Shown: one piece after another, positions 53,693 through 64,000 of the stretch | How the letters are laid out: each line of letters begins with the position of its first letter | How positions within the stretch are numbered: position 1 is the first letter of the stretch | Assembly (NCBI GenBank): GCA_963713475.1 | Contig: CAVQLY010000007.1 | Coordinates: forward strand, 64,834-128,833 | Length of the DNA stretch: 64,000 nt | Direction: 5' to 3' | Origin: an uncultured Thermoleophilia bacterium | GTDB taxonomy: Bacteria; Actinomycetota; Thermoleophilia; UBA2241 | Notes under the pieces: generated by a model | Seen by the model: only the letters and a program-made list of their open reading frames with translations | What the model was told of the DNA's origin: nothing | Database searches by the model: none | Made by a program: the position numbers and the translations under genes

Positions 53693-55158
53693 CTGCCGCG
53701 CGCCGTCGTGCTCGTCGACGGCGAACATTACCCACCCGTGGTCGCGGCCGCCGTCGCGCGGCTGCGCGACACGTACTCCGTGGAGGCCGGCATCTTCGCC
53801 GGCGGCCGCGAGAAGCTGCGCGGCGACTCCGGGGAGGGAGGCGCGGAATGCGGGGGGCCCCGCCGGGGCCTCCGGCGACGGCCTCGCCGCCCTCGCGGCG
53901 GAGATCGGCGTGCCGCGGCTGGACGCAGTCGAGCCGCGGTCCGCGTCCGCTCACGAGGTGCTCGAGGGCGTGCGCGCCGCGCTGCGCGCGGCCGGCGCCG
54001 ACGCGCTCGTCGACCTCTCGGACGAGCCGGTCGTCGGCTACCGCGAGCGCTTCCTGCTCATGAGCGCCGCTCTCGCGGAGGGCGCGGTCTACGTGGCCGC
54101 CGACACCGAGGTGCGGCCGCAGGCGTTCGCCCGTCTCACGGCCACCCCGTCTCTGGCCGTGATCGGCACCGGCAAGCGTGTCGGCAAGACGGCCGTGAGC
54201 GGCTGGCTGGCGCGGCGGATCGACGCCGCCCGGCGGGCGGACGGCGGCGTCGTCGTGCTCGCCATGGGCCGCGGCGGCCCGCCGGAGCCGGAGCTCATCC
54301 GCGGCGGCGACGGGCTCGGCCCCGCCGAGCTGCTCGCCGCCTCCCGCGCCGGCCGCCACGCCGCCAGCGACTGCTACGAGGACGCGGTGCTGGCCGGAGT
54401 CACCGCCGTCGGGTGCCGGCGCTGCGGCGGCGGCCTCGCCGGCATGACCTTCGACGACAACGTGCGCGAGGCGCTGCCGCTGCTGGACGGGCGCGGCGCC
54501 GCGCTCGCCGTGATCGAGGGCAGCGGCGCCGTGGTGCCGCCGATCCTTGCGGACGCGACGCTGTGCGTCGCGGGCGCAAGCCAGCCGGCCGACTACGTCG
54601 CCGGCTTTCTCGGCACCTACCGCCTGCTGCTCAGCGACGCCCTGATGCTGACCCAGTGCGAGCCGCCGTTCGCGACGCCGGGCGAGGTGCGCGCCGTCAC
54701 CGCGGCCGCGAAGGCGGTCAAGCCCGGCCTCGAGGTCGTGCCGACGGTGTTCCGTCCGCGGCCGGCGCAGTCCGTCCGCGGCCGGCGCGTCGCGTTCTTC
54801 ACCACGGCGCCCGACGGCCGCCGCGCCGCAGCTGGCCGCTTCCCTCGCCGCGGACCACGGCGCCGAAGTGGTGCTCGTCTCGTGCGACCTCGCCGACCGC
54901 CGCCGGCTGCCGGATGCGGTGAAGCGGGCGGCCGCCGAGGCCGACGTGTTCCTCACCGAGATCAAGGCGGCGGCCGTGGACGTCGTCGCCGAGGGCGCCG
55001 CCGCCGCCGGCCGCGAGCTCGTGTTCTGCGACAACGAGCCCCTGTCGCTCGCCGGGGACCTGGGTGCCACCGTCGACCGGCTGGCGGCGCTCGCCGGCGA
55101 GCGCTTCGCCGCCCGCGTCGCGGATGCGCGGTCCGGTACCCGTGGCGTGGGAGCGTGA
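53693..55158 (+). CDS. Cyclic 2,3-diphosphoglycerate synthetase-like protein; two apparent +1 frame disruptions (about 53845-53862 and 54813-54822)
   Basis: Three collinear pieces in successive frames: ..AVVLVDGEHYPPVVAAAVARL..; ..LAALAAEIGVPRL..LAVIGTGKRVGKTAVSGWLAR..LAMGRGGPPEPE..VIEGSGAVVPP..VAFFTTAPDG; ..AAPQLAASLAADHGAEVVLVSCDLADRR..DVFLTEIKAAAVDVV... Start (CTG 53693 or GTG 53708) is uncertain. Confidence 0.65.
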
Positions 55159-56120
55159 CCGTGGCGGAGCACCGCGACATCCCGCTCATCGACGAGGGCG
55201 ACTCCCAGGCGCCGTTCAGCAAGGGCCTCATGGCGCAGACGCTCATGTCGACCGGGCTGGCGCCCGAGCGTGCCTACAACGTGGCGGCCGCCGTGGAGCG
55301 GCGCCTGCGGCGCCGCGGACCGGCGGCCCTCACCCTCGCCGACCTGCAGGAGATCGCGCGCGACCAGCTCGGGCCAGAGCAGGGCGACATCCTGATCGAG
55401 CGCTTCCGCCAGTGGCAGAAGCTGCGCCGCCTCGAGACGCCGCTGATCATCCTCATCGGCGGCGCCACCGGCGTGGGCAAGAGCACGCTCGCGACCCAGC
55501 TGGCGCACCGCCTCGGCATCACCCGGCTGATCGGCACCGACATGGTGCGACAGACGATGCGCGCGTTCTTCGCCCCGGAGCTCATGCCCGCCATCCACAC
55601 CTCGTCGTTCGACGCCGCCTCGGCCGTGCGCGTGCCGGTGCCGCGGGAGACCGACCTGAGCAAGATGGGCTTCATCGAGCAGACCAAGGCCGTCTCGGTG
55701 GGCATCGAGGCGCTCATCCAGCGGGGCGTCGACGAAGCGCAGCGGATGGTCGTGGAGGGCGTGCATCTCGTGCCCGGATACCTCGACAAGTCGAGGTGGG
55801 GGGAGGCGATCGTGCTCGAGTTCATGCTCGCGATCGCCGACAAGGAGCGGCACCGCAGCAACTTCACGGTGCGCGAGTGGGAGACCGGCGGCATCCGGCC
55901 GCTGCGGCGCTACCTCGAGCACTTCGCCGAGATCCGCCGCATCCAGAAGTACATGGTCGGGCGGGCGCAGGCGCTCGGCGTGCCGGTCATCGACGGGCCC
56001 ACCCTCGACGACAACCTGAACGAGGTGCTCGGCATGATCCTGCGCCGCGTGGAGGAAGAGGGCGGCGCGGACGCGCCCGCACGTGAGCCGCCGGCTGGGG
56101 GGGACGAGGCGACGGCTTGA
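55155..56120 (+). CDS. 2-phosphoglycerate kinase
   Basis: ..PFSKGLMAQTLMSTGL..AYNVAAAVERRL.. N-terminal domain. P-loop ILIGGATGVGKSTLATQLA. ..GIT..IGTDMVRQ.., ..VVEGVHLVPG... GTGA overlap with the upstream gene. Confidence 0.75.
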   Translation: MTVAEHRDIPLIDEGDSQAPFSKGLMAQTLMSTGLAPERAYNVAAAVERRLRRRGPAALTLADLQEIARDQLGPEQGDILIERFRQWQKLRRLETPLIILIGGATGVGKSTLATQLAHRLGITRLIGTDMVRQTMRAFFAPELMPAIHTSSFDAASAVRVPVPRETDLSKMGFIEQTKAVSVGIEALIQRGVDEAQRMVVEGVHLVPGYLDKSRWGEAIVLEFMLAIADKERHRSNFTVREWETGGIRPLRRYLEHFAEIRRIQKYMVGRAQALGVPVIDGPTLDDNLNEVLGMILRRVEEEGGADAPAREPPAGGDEATA

Positions 56121-56386
56121 CGCTGGACTTCAGTTTCGCCGCCACCGTCCGATAGACTAGGCGCACCCCCGGTCCACCGCTGCCGTCCCAGGCATGCAGC
56201 AGGGCCGCGTCCCACATCCGAGCGGGTACGAGGTTACTGGGAATCTCTTGCGCGGTATGACATACTTGGCACTGGAGCCCGCACGGACTCCCTCTTCCAT
56301 CGCACGTCCACCTTTACTCGTACGGCATCTCCCCATCGCGACCGCGTACCGCGTCGCACACAGGATGCCAGGAGTCCCGGGAGCCC

Positions 56387-58072
<1,686 letters not shown>

Positions 58073-58185
58073 TTTCGCGGCGGGAACGATTCGAAGGGGT
58101 ACCGGCGTTCGTGGTATCATCCCGCTTCGGCCTCGCGCCGACCTCACGTGACCACCGGGTTTGCTCCCAGAAGGGATCCGTTCAG

Positions 58186-58506
58186 ATGAAGAAAGACATC
58201 CATCCGCAGTACGAAGAAGCCACCGTGCACTGCAGCTGCGGCAACACCTTCACGACGCGCAGCACCAAGAAAGAGCTGCACGTGGAACTCTGCTCGCAGT
58301 GCCACCCGTTCTACACGGGCAAGCAGAAGCTCGTGGACTCGGGCGGCCGCGTCGACCGCTTCAAGAAGCGCCTCGAGAAGAAGTCGGACGAGCCGGTGAA
58401 GCCGAAGGCTCCCAAGCCCAAGGCTCCCAAGGCGGAGGCTCCCAAGCCCGAGCCGGTGGCCGTCGCCGCCGAGGCCGCACCCGAGGCCGAGACGACCGAG
58501 TCCTGA
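58186..58506 (+). CDS. rpmE: 50S ribosomal protein L31 (Zn-binding type) with K/P/A-rich C-terminal extension
   Basis: [39 protein letters not shown], then about 35 extra residues ..[19 protein letters not shown]... Confidence 0.9.
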   Translation: MKKDIHPQYEEATVHCSCGNTFTTRSTKKELHVELCSQCHPFYTGKQKLVDSGGRVDRFKKRLEKKSDEPVKPKAPKPKAPKAEAPKPEPVAVAAEAAPEAETTES

Positions 58507-58516
58507 CGGGCCTGAC

Positions 58517-59254
58517 ATGAGCGCCGAGCTCCGCGTCAGCCTCCTTCAGCACACACCCGACCCGGATCGCGCCGTCGCGATCGCGGGTCGGCTCTGTTAT
58601 GCGCCCGTGTCCGCCGCCGATCTCAAGCAGGAGATGAGCGACGAGGACGTCGGCAAGCTCGTCCGCATCCTCGTCCGCAGCGGCCATCACTCGGCGCTCG
58701 AACACGCCAGCTTCAGCTTCGCGGTCGACGGCGTGAGCCGCGCCTGCACGCACCAGCTGGTGCGGCACCGCGTGGCGAGCTACAACCAGCAGTCGCAGCG
58801 CTACGTGAACTTCGGCGAGGGCGACAGCTTCATCGTGCCGCCGAGCGTCTCCGCCAACGCGGAGGCCGAGGCGATCTTCCTCCAGGCGATGGAGGACGCG
58901 CGCGTCGCCTACGACAAGCTGGTCGAGCTCGGCCTTGCAGAGGGCCGCAAGCGGGAGAGCGTCCAGGAGGACGCCCGCTTCGTGCTTCCCAACGCGGCCG
59001 AGACCAAGATCGTGGTCACCATGAACGCGCGCGAGTTGCGCCACTTCTTCCAGGTCCGCTGCTGCAACCGTGCGCAGTGGGAGATCCGCGACCTCGCATG
59101 GCGCATGCGCGCCATGGTCATCGCGCTGGCCCCGAACCTCTTCGACGGCAGCGGTCCCGGCTGTCTCTACGGCTCCTGCCCCGAGGGCAAGATGACGTGC
59201 GGGAGCCCATTCAAACCCGAGGACGTCGACGGGCCGGCCGCTGCGCGCGGCTGA
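58517..59254 (+). CDS. thyX: FAD-dependent thymidylate synthase
   Basis: ..HSALEH.., ThyX motif RHRVASYNQQSQRY, ..REL.HF...R... 245 aa. Confidence 0.9.
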   Translation: MSAELRVSLLQHTPDPDRAVAIAGRLCYAPVSAADLKQEMSDEDVGKLVRILVRSGHHSALEHASFSFAVDGVSRACTHQLVRHRVASYNQQSQRYVNFGEGDSFIVPPSVSANAEAEAIFLQAMEDARVAYDKLVELGLAEGRKRESVQEDARFVLPNAAETKIVVTMNARELRHFFQVRCCNRAQWEIRDLAWRMRAMVIALAPNLFDGSGPGCLYGSCPEGKMTCGSPFKPEDVDGPAAARG

Positions 59255-59292
59255 AGCCCACGGCCGCACGACGGCCGCTCCGCTCCCCTGAC

Positions 59293-60246
59293 ATGACCCG
59301 ACGCCTCGCCCTCATCGCGCTCCTCCTTCCCGCCCTGGCCGCGCGTCGCGCGCAGGTCGGCGGGCAGGCCGTCATCGAGGGCGTCATGATGCGCGGCGTG
59401 GACTGGTGGTCGCTCGCCGTGCGCCGCCCGGACGAGACCATCGGCCTTCATCACTGGCCCCTGGTGAGCTGGATGAAGCGCTACCCGATCCTCAAGCTGC
59501 CGATCCTGCGCGGCGTCGTCGCCCTGGTCGAGTCGCTCGCCATCGGTGTCCGCGCGCTCACGATCTCGGCCAACGAGTCGCTGGGGGAGGAGGAGCAGGA
59601 GCTGGGCAAGAAGGAGATCGGCGTCACGCTCGTCATCGCCTTCGCCTTCGCCGTCGGGCTGTTCTTCATCGCGCCGCTGTTCCTCACCGGCCTCATGGAG
59701 CGCTGGCTCGGCGAGGGCTTCCTGTTCTGGATGGTCGAGGGCTTCGTGCGCGTCGGCATCTTCCTCGCCTATCTCGCCATCGTCACCCAGATCAAGGACC
59801 TGCGTCGCGTGTTCGAGTACCACGGCGCCGAGCACATGAGCATCCACGCACTGGAACACGGCGAAGAGCTCACGGTGGCCAACGTCGAGAAGTACAAGAC
59901 CCTGCACCTGCGCTGCGGGACGTCCTTCCTGCTCATCGTGCTGGTGGTCTCGATCTTCGTGTTCGCGGCCGTGGGGAGGCCCGTCTGGTACCTGCTCATC
60001 CTGAGCCGCGTGATCCTCGTCCCGCTCATCGCCGGCATCAGCTACGAGATCATCCGCTTCGCCGGCCGTCACGAGACCAACAGGTTCATCCGCGTGGTCA
60101 TGGCGCCCGGCCTGGCGCTCCAGTGGATGACCACGAAGCACCCCGACAGCTCGCAGGTCGAGGTCGCCATCGCCGCCCTCGAGAAGATCATCGAGCTCGA
60201 GCCGCAGGACCGACCCCCCGTGAAGGGCGTGGAGGTCATGGCGTAA
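59293..60246 (+). CDS. DUF1385-family membrane protein (YqhQ-like, typically next to prfA/prmC)
   Basis: ..VGGQAVIEGVMMRG.., ..YHGAEHM.., ..RCGTSF... ATG 59293 preferred over track start 59077. Confidence 0.75.
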   Translation: MTRRLALIALLLPALAARRAQVGGQAVIEGVMMRGVDWWSLAVRRPDETIGLHHWPLVSWMKRYPILKLPILRGVVALVESLAIGVRALTISANESLGEEEQELGKKEIGVTLVIAFAFAVGLFFIAPLFLTGLMERWLGEGFLFWMVEGFVRVGIFLAYLAIVTQIKDLRRVFEYHGAEHMSIHALEHGEELTVANVEKYKTLHLRCGTSFLLIVLVVSIFVFAAVGRPVWYLLILSRVILVPLIAGISYEIIRFAGRHETNRFIRVVMAPGLALQWMTTKHPDSSQVEVAIAALEKIIELEPQDRPPVKGVEVMA

Positions 60247-60255
60247 GCTGGGTCC

Positions 60256-61342
60256 ATGGCCACGATCGACGACCTCATCACCGAGATAGAACGCTCCTAC
60301 GACGAGCTCACCGCGCAGCTCGCCGACCCTGAGGTGCACGGCGACCGCGCGCGGTACGCAGACGCCGCGCGCGCCCACGCCGAACTCCAGCCGGTCCACG
60401 AGCTCACGCAGCTGTATCGCGAGGCGGAGCAGACGGTCGCCGACGCCGAGGGCCTCCTCGGCGACGACTCCAGCCGACGCCGAGATGCGCGAGTTCGCGC
60501 AGGAGGAGCTCAGCCTCGGGCGCCGGCGCGTCGACGAACTCAGCGAGGAGATCCGCGTGCGCATGCTCACGCGGGACCCCAACGACGGCAAGGACGTGAT
60601 CATCGAGATCCGCGCCGGCACCGGCGGCAACGAGGCCTGCATCTTCGCCGGCGAGCTCGCGCGGATGTACACGCGCTACGCCCAGGCCAAGGGGTTCGAG
60701 GTCGAGATCCTCTCCGCCAACGAGAACGACGACGGCGGCTACAAGGAGGTCACGCTCGGGGTCAAGGGCCAGGGCGCCTTCTCGATGCTCAAGTACGAGG
60801 GCGGCGTGCACCGCGTGCAGCGCGTCCCGGTCACCGAGGCCGCCGGCCGCATCCACACCTCCACGGCCACCGTGGTCGTGCTGCCCGAGGCCGAGGACAT
60901 CGAGGTCGACATCCACGCGGGCGATCTGCGCGTCGAGATCTTCCGCGCCCGCGGCCCCGGCGGTCAGAGCGTCAACACCACCGACTCCGCCGTGCGCATC
61001 ACGCACGTGCCCACGGGCGTGAACGTCAGCTGCCAGGACGAGAAGAGCCAGCTCCAGAACAAGGAGAAGGCGATGCGGATCCTGCGCGCGCGGCTGTTCG
61101 AGCTCGAGCAGGCGAAGCAGGACCAGGAGCGTGGGGCCGCACGCCGCAGCATGGTCGGCAGCGGCGACCGCTCGCAGAAGATCCGCACCTACAACTTCCA
61201 GCAGAACCGCGTCAGCGACCACCGCATCGGGCTCACCAGCCATCGCCTCACCGAAGTCATGGAAGGCGACCTCGACGAGTTCACCGAGGCTCTGGCCGCC
61301 GAGGACCGGCGCAAGCAACTGGCGGCCGCCGGCGGCGAGTGA
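60256..61342 (+). CDS. prfA: Peptide chain release factor 1; apparent +1 frame disruption near 60466-60476
   Basis: N-terminal part [35 protein letters not shown] (frame of 60256) continues as [14 protein letters not shown].. (frame of 60485). PxT-type tripeptide (VPVTE), GGQ motif (RGPGGQSVN), ..[14 protein letters not shown]... Confidence 0.85.
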
Positions 61343-61361
61343 CGCCGCCCGCTCGACCGGG

Positions 61362-61388
61362 TATACTCAGACCAGTCGTAGACCAGTC
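61362..61388 (+). promoter_or_regulatory. Candidate promoter/operator of the toxin-antitoxin module
   Basis: -10 TATACT (61362-61367) followed by direct repeat AGACCAGTC (61369-61377 and 61380-61388). GGGAG RBS and GTG 61403 downstream. Confidence 0.45.
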
Positions 61389-61402
61389 TGAAGGGAGCGG
61401 CC

Positions 61403-61645
61403 GTGGCGACCATCGGCGCCTATGAGGCGAAGACCCATCTGCCCGAGCTGCTCAAGCGCGTCGAGAGTGGGGAGCACATCACCATCGCGCGGCACGGGAC
61501 GCCTGTCGCGGTGCTCATCCCGGTCGGAGACTACCCTCGGCGTGATCCCGTGGCGGCGGCGCGCGGGCTTCTGGAGTTCGCCAGGACGCACAGCCGTGGA
61601 GACACCACCGTTCGCGAGATGATCGAGGAGGGCAGGCGGCGGTGA
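61403..61645 (+). CDS. Phd/YefM-type antitoxin
   Basis: ..IGAYEAKTHLPELLKRVESGEHITIARHGTPVAVLIPV.. typical Phd/YefM N-terminus. GTGA overlap with the toxin gene. Confidence 0.8.
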   Translation: MATIGAYEAKTHLPELLKRVESGEHITIARHGTPVAVLIPVGDYPRRDPVAAARGLLEFARTHSRGDTTVREMIEEGRRR

Positions 61646-62055
61646 CCGCGTTCGTCATGGACGCCTCCGTCACGATGGCGTGGGCGTTCCGGGAGGAACT
61701 GACGCCGTTCGCCGAGCGCCTTCTGGCGGACCTGGCGGCGGGAGAGGCGCTCGTGCCGGCGATATGGCCGCTCGAGGTGGCCAACGTGCTCCTGGTGTCG
61801 GAGCGCCGCGGCCGCATCACCCGGGTGGACGCGGCGCGATTCACCGAGCTCCTCCTCGGCATGCCCATCCGTGTACACGCCGCCACGGAGAGCTTCGCCT
61901 TCGACGAGGCGCTGCCACTGGCCCGCGACACGGGGCTCTCGGTGTACGACGCCAGCTACCTCGAGCTGGCCGGACGTCTCGGGCTGCCGCTGGCCACACT
62001 CGACGCCGCCATCGTGCGTGCAGCCCGCAAGGTCGGCGTCGCCATCCTCTCGTGA
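61642..62055 (+). CDS. vapC: PIN-domain ribonuclease toxin VapC
   Basis: ..FVMDASV.. (Asp 1), ..PAIWPLEVANVL.. (Glu), ..SVYDASYLELA.. (Asp), ..LATLD.. (Asp). 137 aa. Confidence 0.8.
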   Translation: MTAFVMDASVTMAWAFREELTPFAERLLADLAAGEALVPAIWPLEVANVLLVSERRGRITRVDAARFTELLLGMPIRVHAATESFAFDEALPLARDTGLSVYDASYLELAGRLGLPLATLDAAIVRAARKVGVAILS

Positions 62056-62086
62056 GCTCTCATCTCCGCACGCCCGGCTCGCGCCC

Positions 62087-62989
62087 ATGACGACCCCGCC
62101 GACCGTCGGCGATGCGCTTCGGACTGCCGCGGCGCGGCTGCGCGCCGGCGGGTCGCGCTCGCCGCGCCTCGACGCCGAGCTGCTGCTGGCGAGCGCGCTC
62201 GGCGTGTCTCGCGCCGAGCTCTTCCGCGAGCCGGGCCGCACGCTGCTGCCGGACGAGGTCGCGCGGTTCGAGGAGCTCATGGGCCGGAGGGTCGCCCGGG
62301 AGCCGGTCGCGTACATCCTCGGCAGCCGCGCGTTCCGCACCATCGACCTCGAGGTCACGCCCGACGTGCTGATCCCGCGCCCGGAGACGGAGACGCTGGT
62401 CGAGGTCGCGCTCGAGGCGCTCGCGGCGATGCCCATCGCCGGGCCGGACCCCGAAGACGAGCCGCTCGCGCTCGACGTCGGCACCGGCTCCGGCTGCGTG
62501 GCGCTGGCGCTCGCCGCCGAGGATCCCTTCGTGCGCCTCGTCGCCGCGGACGTGGACCCCGGCGCGCTCGCAGTCGCGCGCCGCAACGGGCAGCGCCTCG
62601 GCCTGGCGCGCCGCGTGGAGTTCGTGCTCTCCGACCTGTTCGCCGACGTCGGTGAGCGGCCGTTCGACCTCATCGTCTCCAACCCGCCGTACATCCCCGC
62701 CGACGAGTACGTCGCGCTCGAGCCGAACGTGCGCGACTACGAACCGCGACGCGCGCTCTACGGCGGCGTCGACGGCCTCGACTTCTACCGCCGCCTGATC
62801 CCCGGCGCCGCGCTCCTGCTGCGCCCGGGCGGGACGCTGGCGCTGGAGGTCGGCGCCGGGCAGGCGGACGACGTGGCGGGCATCATCGACGCCTCCGGCG
62901 CGTACGAGACGCCGGAGCGACGCAGCGACCTCTCCGGCGTGGCTCGGGTGGTCTTCGCCCGCCGTCGCGGCGCCCGGGCCGGCGACTGA
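62087..62989 (+). CDS. prmC: Release factor glutamine N5-methyltransferase
   Basis: ..EPVAYILG...F..L.L.V...VLIPRPETE.., ..LDVGTGSGCVALALA.., NPPY motif (IVSNPPYIP). ATG 62087. Confidence 0.85.
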   Translation: MTTPPTVGDALRTAAARLRAGGSRSPRLDAELLLASALGVSRAELFREPGRTLLPDEVARFEELMGRRVAREPVAYILGSRAFRTIDLEVTPDVLIPRPETETLVEVALEALAAMPIAGPDPEDEPLALDVGTGSGCVALALAAEDPFVRLVAADVDPGALAVARRNGQRLGLARRVEFVLSDLFADVGERPFDLIVSNPPYIPADEYVALEPNVRDYEPRRALYGGVDGLDFYRRLIPGAALLLRPGGTLALEVGAGQADDVAGIIDASGAYETPERRSDLSGVARVVFARRRGARAGD

Positions 62990-63723
62990 TGGCCCGCGCC
63001 GAGAAGGCCCGCGCGGTCGTCCTGAGCTCGCGTCCGCTGGGAGAGGCCGACCGCATCGTCCGGCTGTTCACGCGCGAGCTCGGCCGCGTGGACGCCGTCG
63101 TCAAGGGGGTGCGCAAGACGACCTCCCGCTGGGGCGGGCGCCTCGAGCCGTTCAACGTCTGCGACCTCGTGCTGCACCCGGGCAGATCGCTCTACACGGT
63201 GACGCAGGCGCAGCTCGTCGACGTCTTCCTGCGCCTGCGCGCCGACCGCGAAGGGCTGACTGCGGCGGCGATCGTCTGCGAGGTCGCCGCCGGCCTCACG
63301 CCGGAGCACGAGCCGGAGGAGCGCGTGTTCGCGCTGCTGCGCAACACGCTGCGCGAACTGGACGCCGGCATCTCCGGCCGCGCCGTTCAGTCGCCGCTCG
63401 TACTGGGCGCGCTGCTCAAGCTCCTGTACGAGGCCGGCTACCTGCCGGTGCTCGACCACTGCGCGGCCTGCGGGTCGGGCGGCCGCGCGCTGGGCTTCTC
63501 GGCGGCCCGCGGCGGGCTGGTCTGCGGCGACTGCGTCGGGGAGGCGGTGCCGATCACGCCGGACGCCATCGAGGCGCTGGCGGACGCGCTGGCGCGGCCG
63601 CTCGCCGAGCTCCGGCAGCAGCCTGCCTCCGACGCGACCGGCGAGGCGCTGCGCGACCTGCACCAGCTCTACGCCTACCACACGGGCTCGCGCCTGCGTG
63701 CGCTCCGCATCGCCGGCGGTTGA
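62989..63723 (+). CDS. recO: DNA repair protein RecO
   Basis: ..AVVLSSRPLGEADRIVRLFTRELGRV.AVVKGVRK..SR.GGRLEPF.. OB fold. C-terminal CAACG..GGLVCGDC zinc motif. ATGA-type overlap with prmC. Confidence 0.85.
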   Translation: MARAEKARAVVLSSRPLGEADRIVRLFTRELGRVDAVVKGVRKTTSRWGGRLEPFNVCDLVLHPGRSLYTVTQAQLVDVFLRLRADREGLTAAAIVCEVAAGLTPEHEPEERVFALLRNTLRELDAGISGRAVQSPLVLGALLKLLYEAGYLPVLDHCAACGSGGRALGFSAARGGLVCGDCVGEAVPITPDAIEALADALARPLAELRQQPASDATGEALRDLHQLYAYHTGSRLRALRIAGG

Positions 63724-63775
63724 GGGGACCGCAGAGGGGGCCGGAACACCCGTCCGCGCGCGGAATGCCGGCTGA

Positions 63776-63805
63776 TTGTTCGCTTCTGCGTGAGACTGGT
63801 AGAAT
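63776..63805 (+). promoter_or_regulatory. Candidate sigma-70-type promoter for glyQ
   Basis: -35 TTGTTC (63776-63781), 18-nt spacer, -10 TAGAAT (63800-63805), about 24 nt before GTG 63830. Confidence 0.4.
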
Positions 63806-63829
63806 CGCGCTTCCGACCCGAAAGGACAC

Positions 63830-64000
63830 GTGACCGACCACGCCCAGACCGCAGCCTCTGCGACCCCCACGTTCCAGCAGATCATCGGCCGCCTGCAGGC
63901 CTTCTGGGAGGGTCAGGGTTGCGTCGTCGTCCAGCCGTATCACACCGAGGTCGGCGCCGGCACCTTCAACCCCGCCACGTTCCTGCGCTGCCTGGACGCC
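63830..64000 (+). CDS. glyQ: Glycyl-tRNA synthetase alpha subunit, N-terminal part (3' end outside window)
   Basis: ..[42 protein letters not shown].. is collinear with the GlyQ N-terminus. Frame open to the window end. Confidence 0.85.
   Translation, partial: MTDHAQTAASATPTFQQIIGRLQAFWEGQGCVVVQPYHTEVGAGTFNPATFLRCLDA

Noticed and set aside
60440-60500. Programmed +1 frameshift in prfA analogous to the prfB autoregulatory shift.
   Set aside because: The 0-frame has no stop codon at or near the shift site and stays open for hundreds of codons. No CUU-UGA-like slippery or stop context is present. Six similar breaks occur in unrelated genes.

Overview
Very GC-rich (by eye about 70% G+C), densely coding bacterial chromosomal segment with about 69 protein genes and one tRNA. 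Housekeeping synteny is Firmicutes-like (gltX-cysS-rlmB-yacP-sigH; rpmE-thyX-DUF1385-prfA-prmC-recO-glyQ), so I infer a high-GC Firmicutes-type or deep-branching Gram-positive lineage, but taxonomy cannot be settled from the sequence alone. The main finding is a complete bacterial-type pyrrolysine (Pyl) system: pylB-pylC-pylD, a CUA-anticodon tRNA (pylT) directly after pylD, a separate pylSn and an opposite-strand pylSc. It is spread over about 8 kb, not packed as a pylTSBCD cassette. A nitroreductase gene is translationally coupled to pylB. An orphan methyltransferase-type corrinoid protein and an atypical (CX4CX2C) radical SAM gene lie inside the locus. No methylamine methyltransferase with an in-frame TAG is present in this window. 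Other content: a homocitrate-synthase-like / LeuCD-type aconitase / isocitrate dehydrogenase operon (likely a Re-citrate-synthase route to 2-oxoglutarate) with a cyclophilin fused to the small dehydratase subunit; a tungsten-type aldehyde:ferredoxin oxidoreductase operon; a methanogen-style cyclic 2,3-diphosphoglycerate pair (cDPG synthetase and 2-phosphoglycerate kinase); a duplicated PadR-type promoter/operator module; a Rho with a long disordered Q/G/R-rich N-terminus; and a vapBC module inserted between prfA and prmC. Caveat: at least seven single-base (+1) frame disruptions break six otherwise good genes (pylC, corrinoid protein, pitA, a secreted protein, cDPG synthetase twice, prfA). They look like draft-assembly indels but cannot be told apart from real pseudogenisation here. 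Many long opposite-strand ORFs in the track are GC-driven artefacts.
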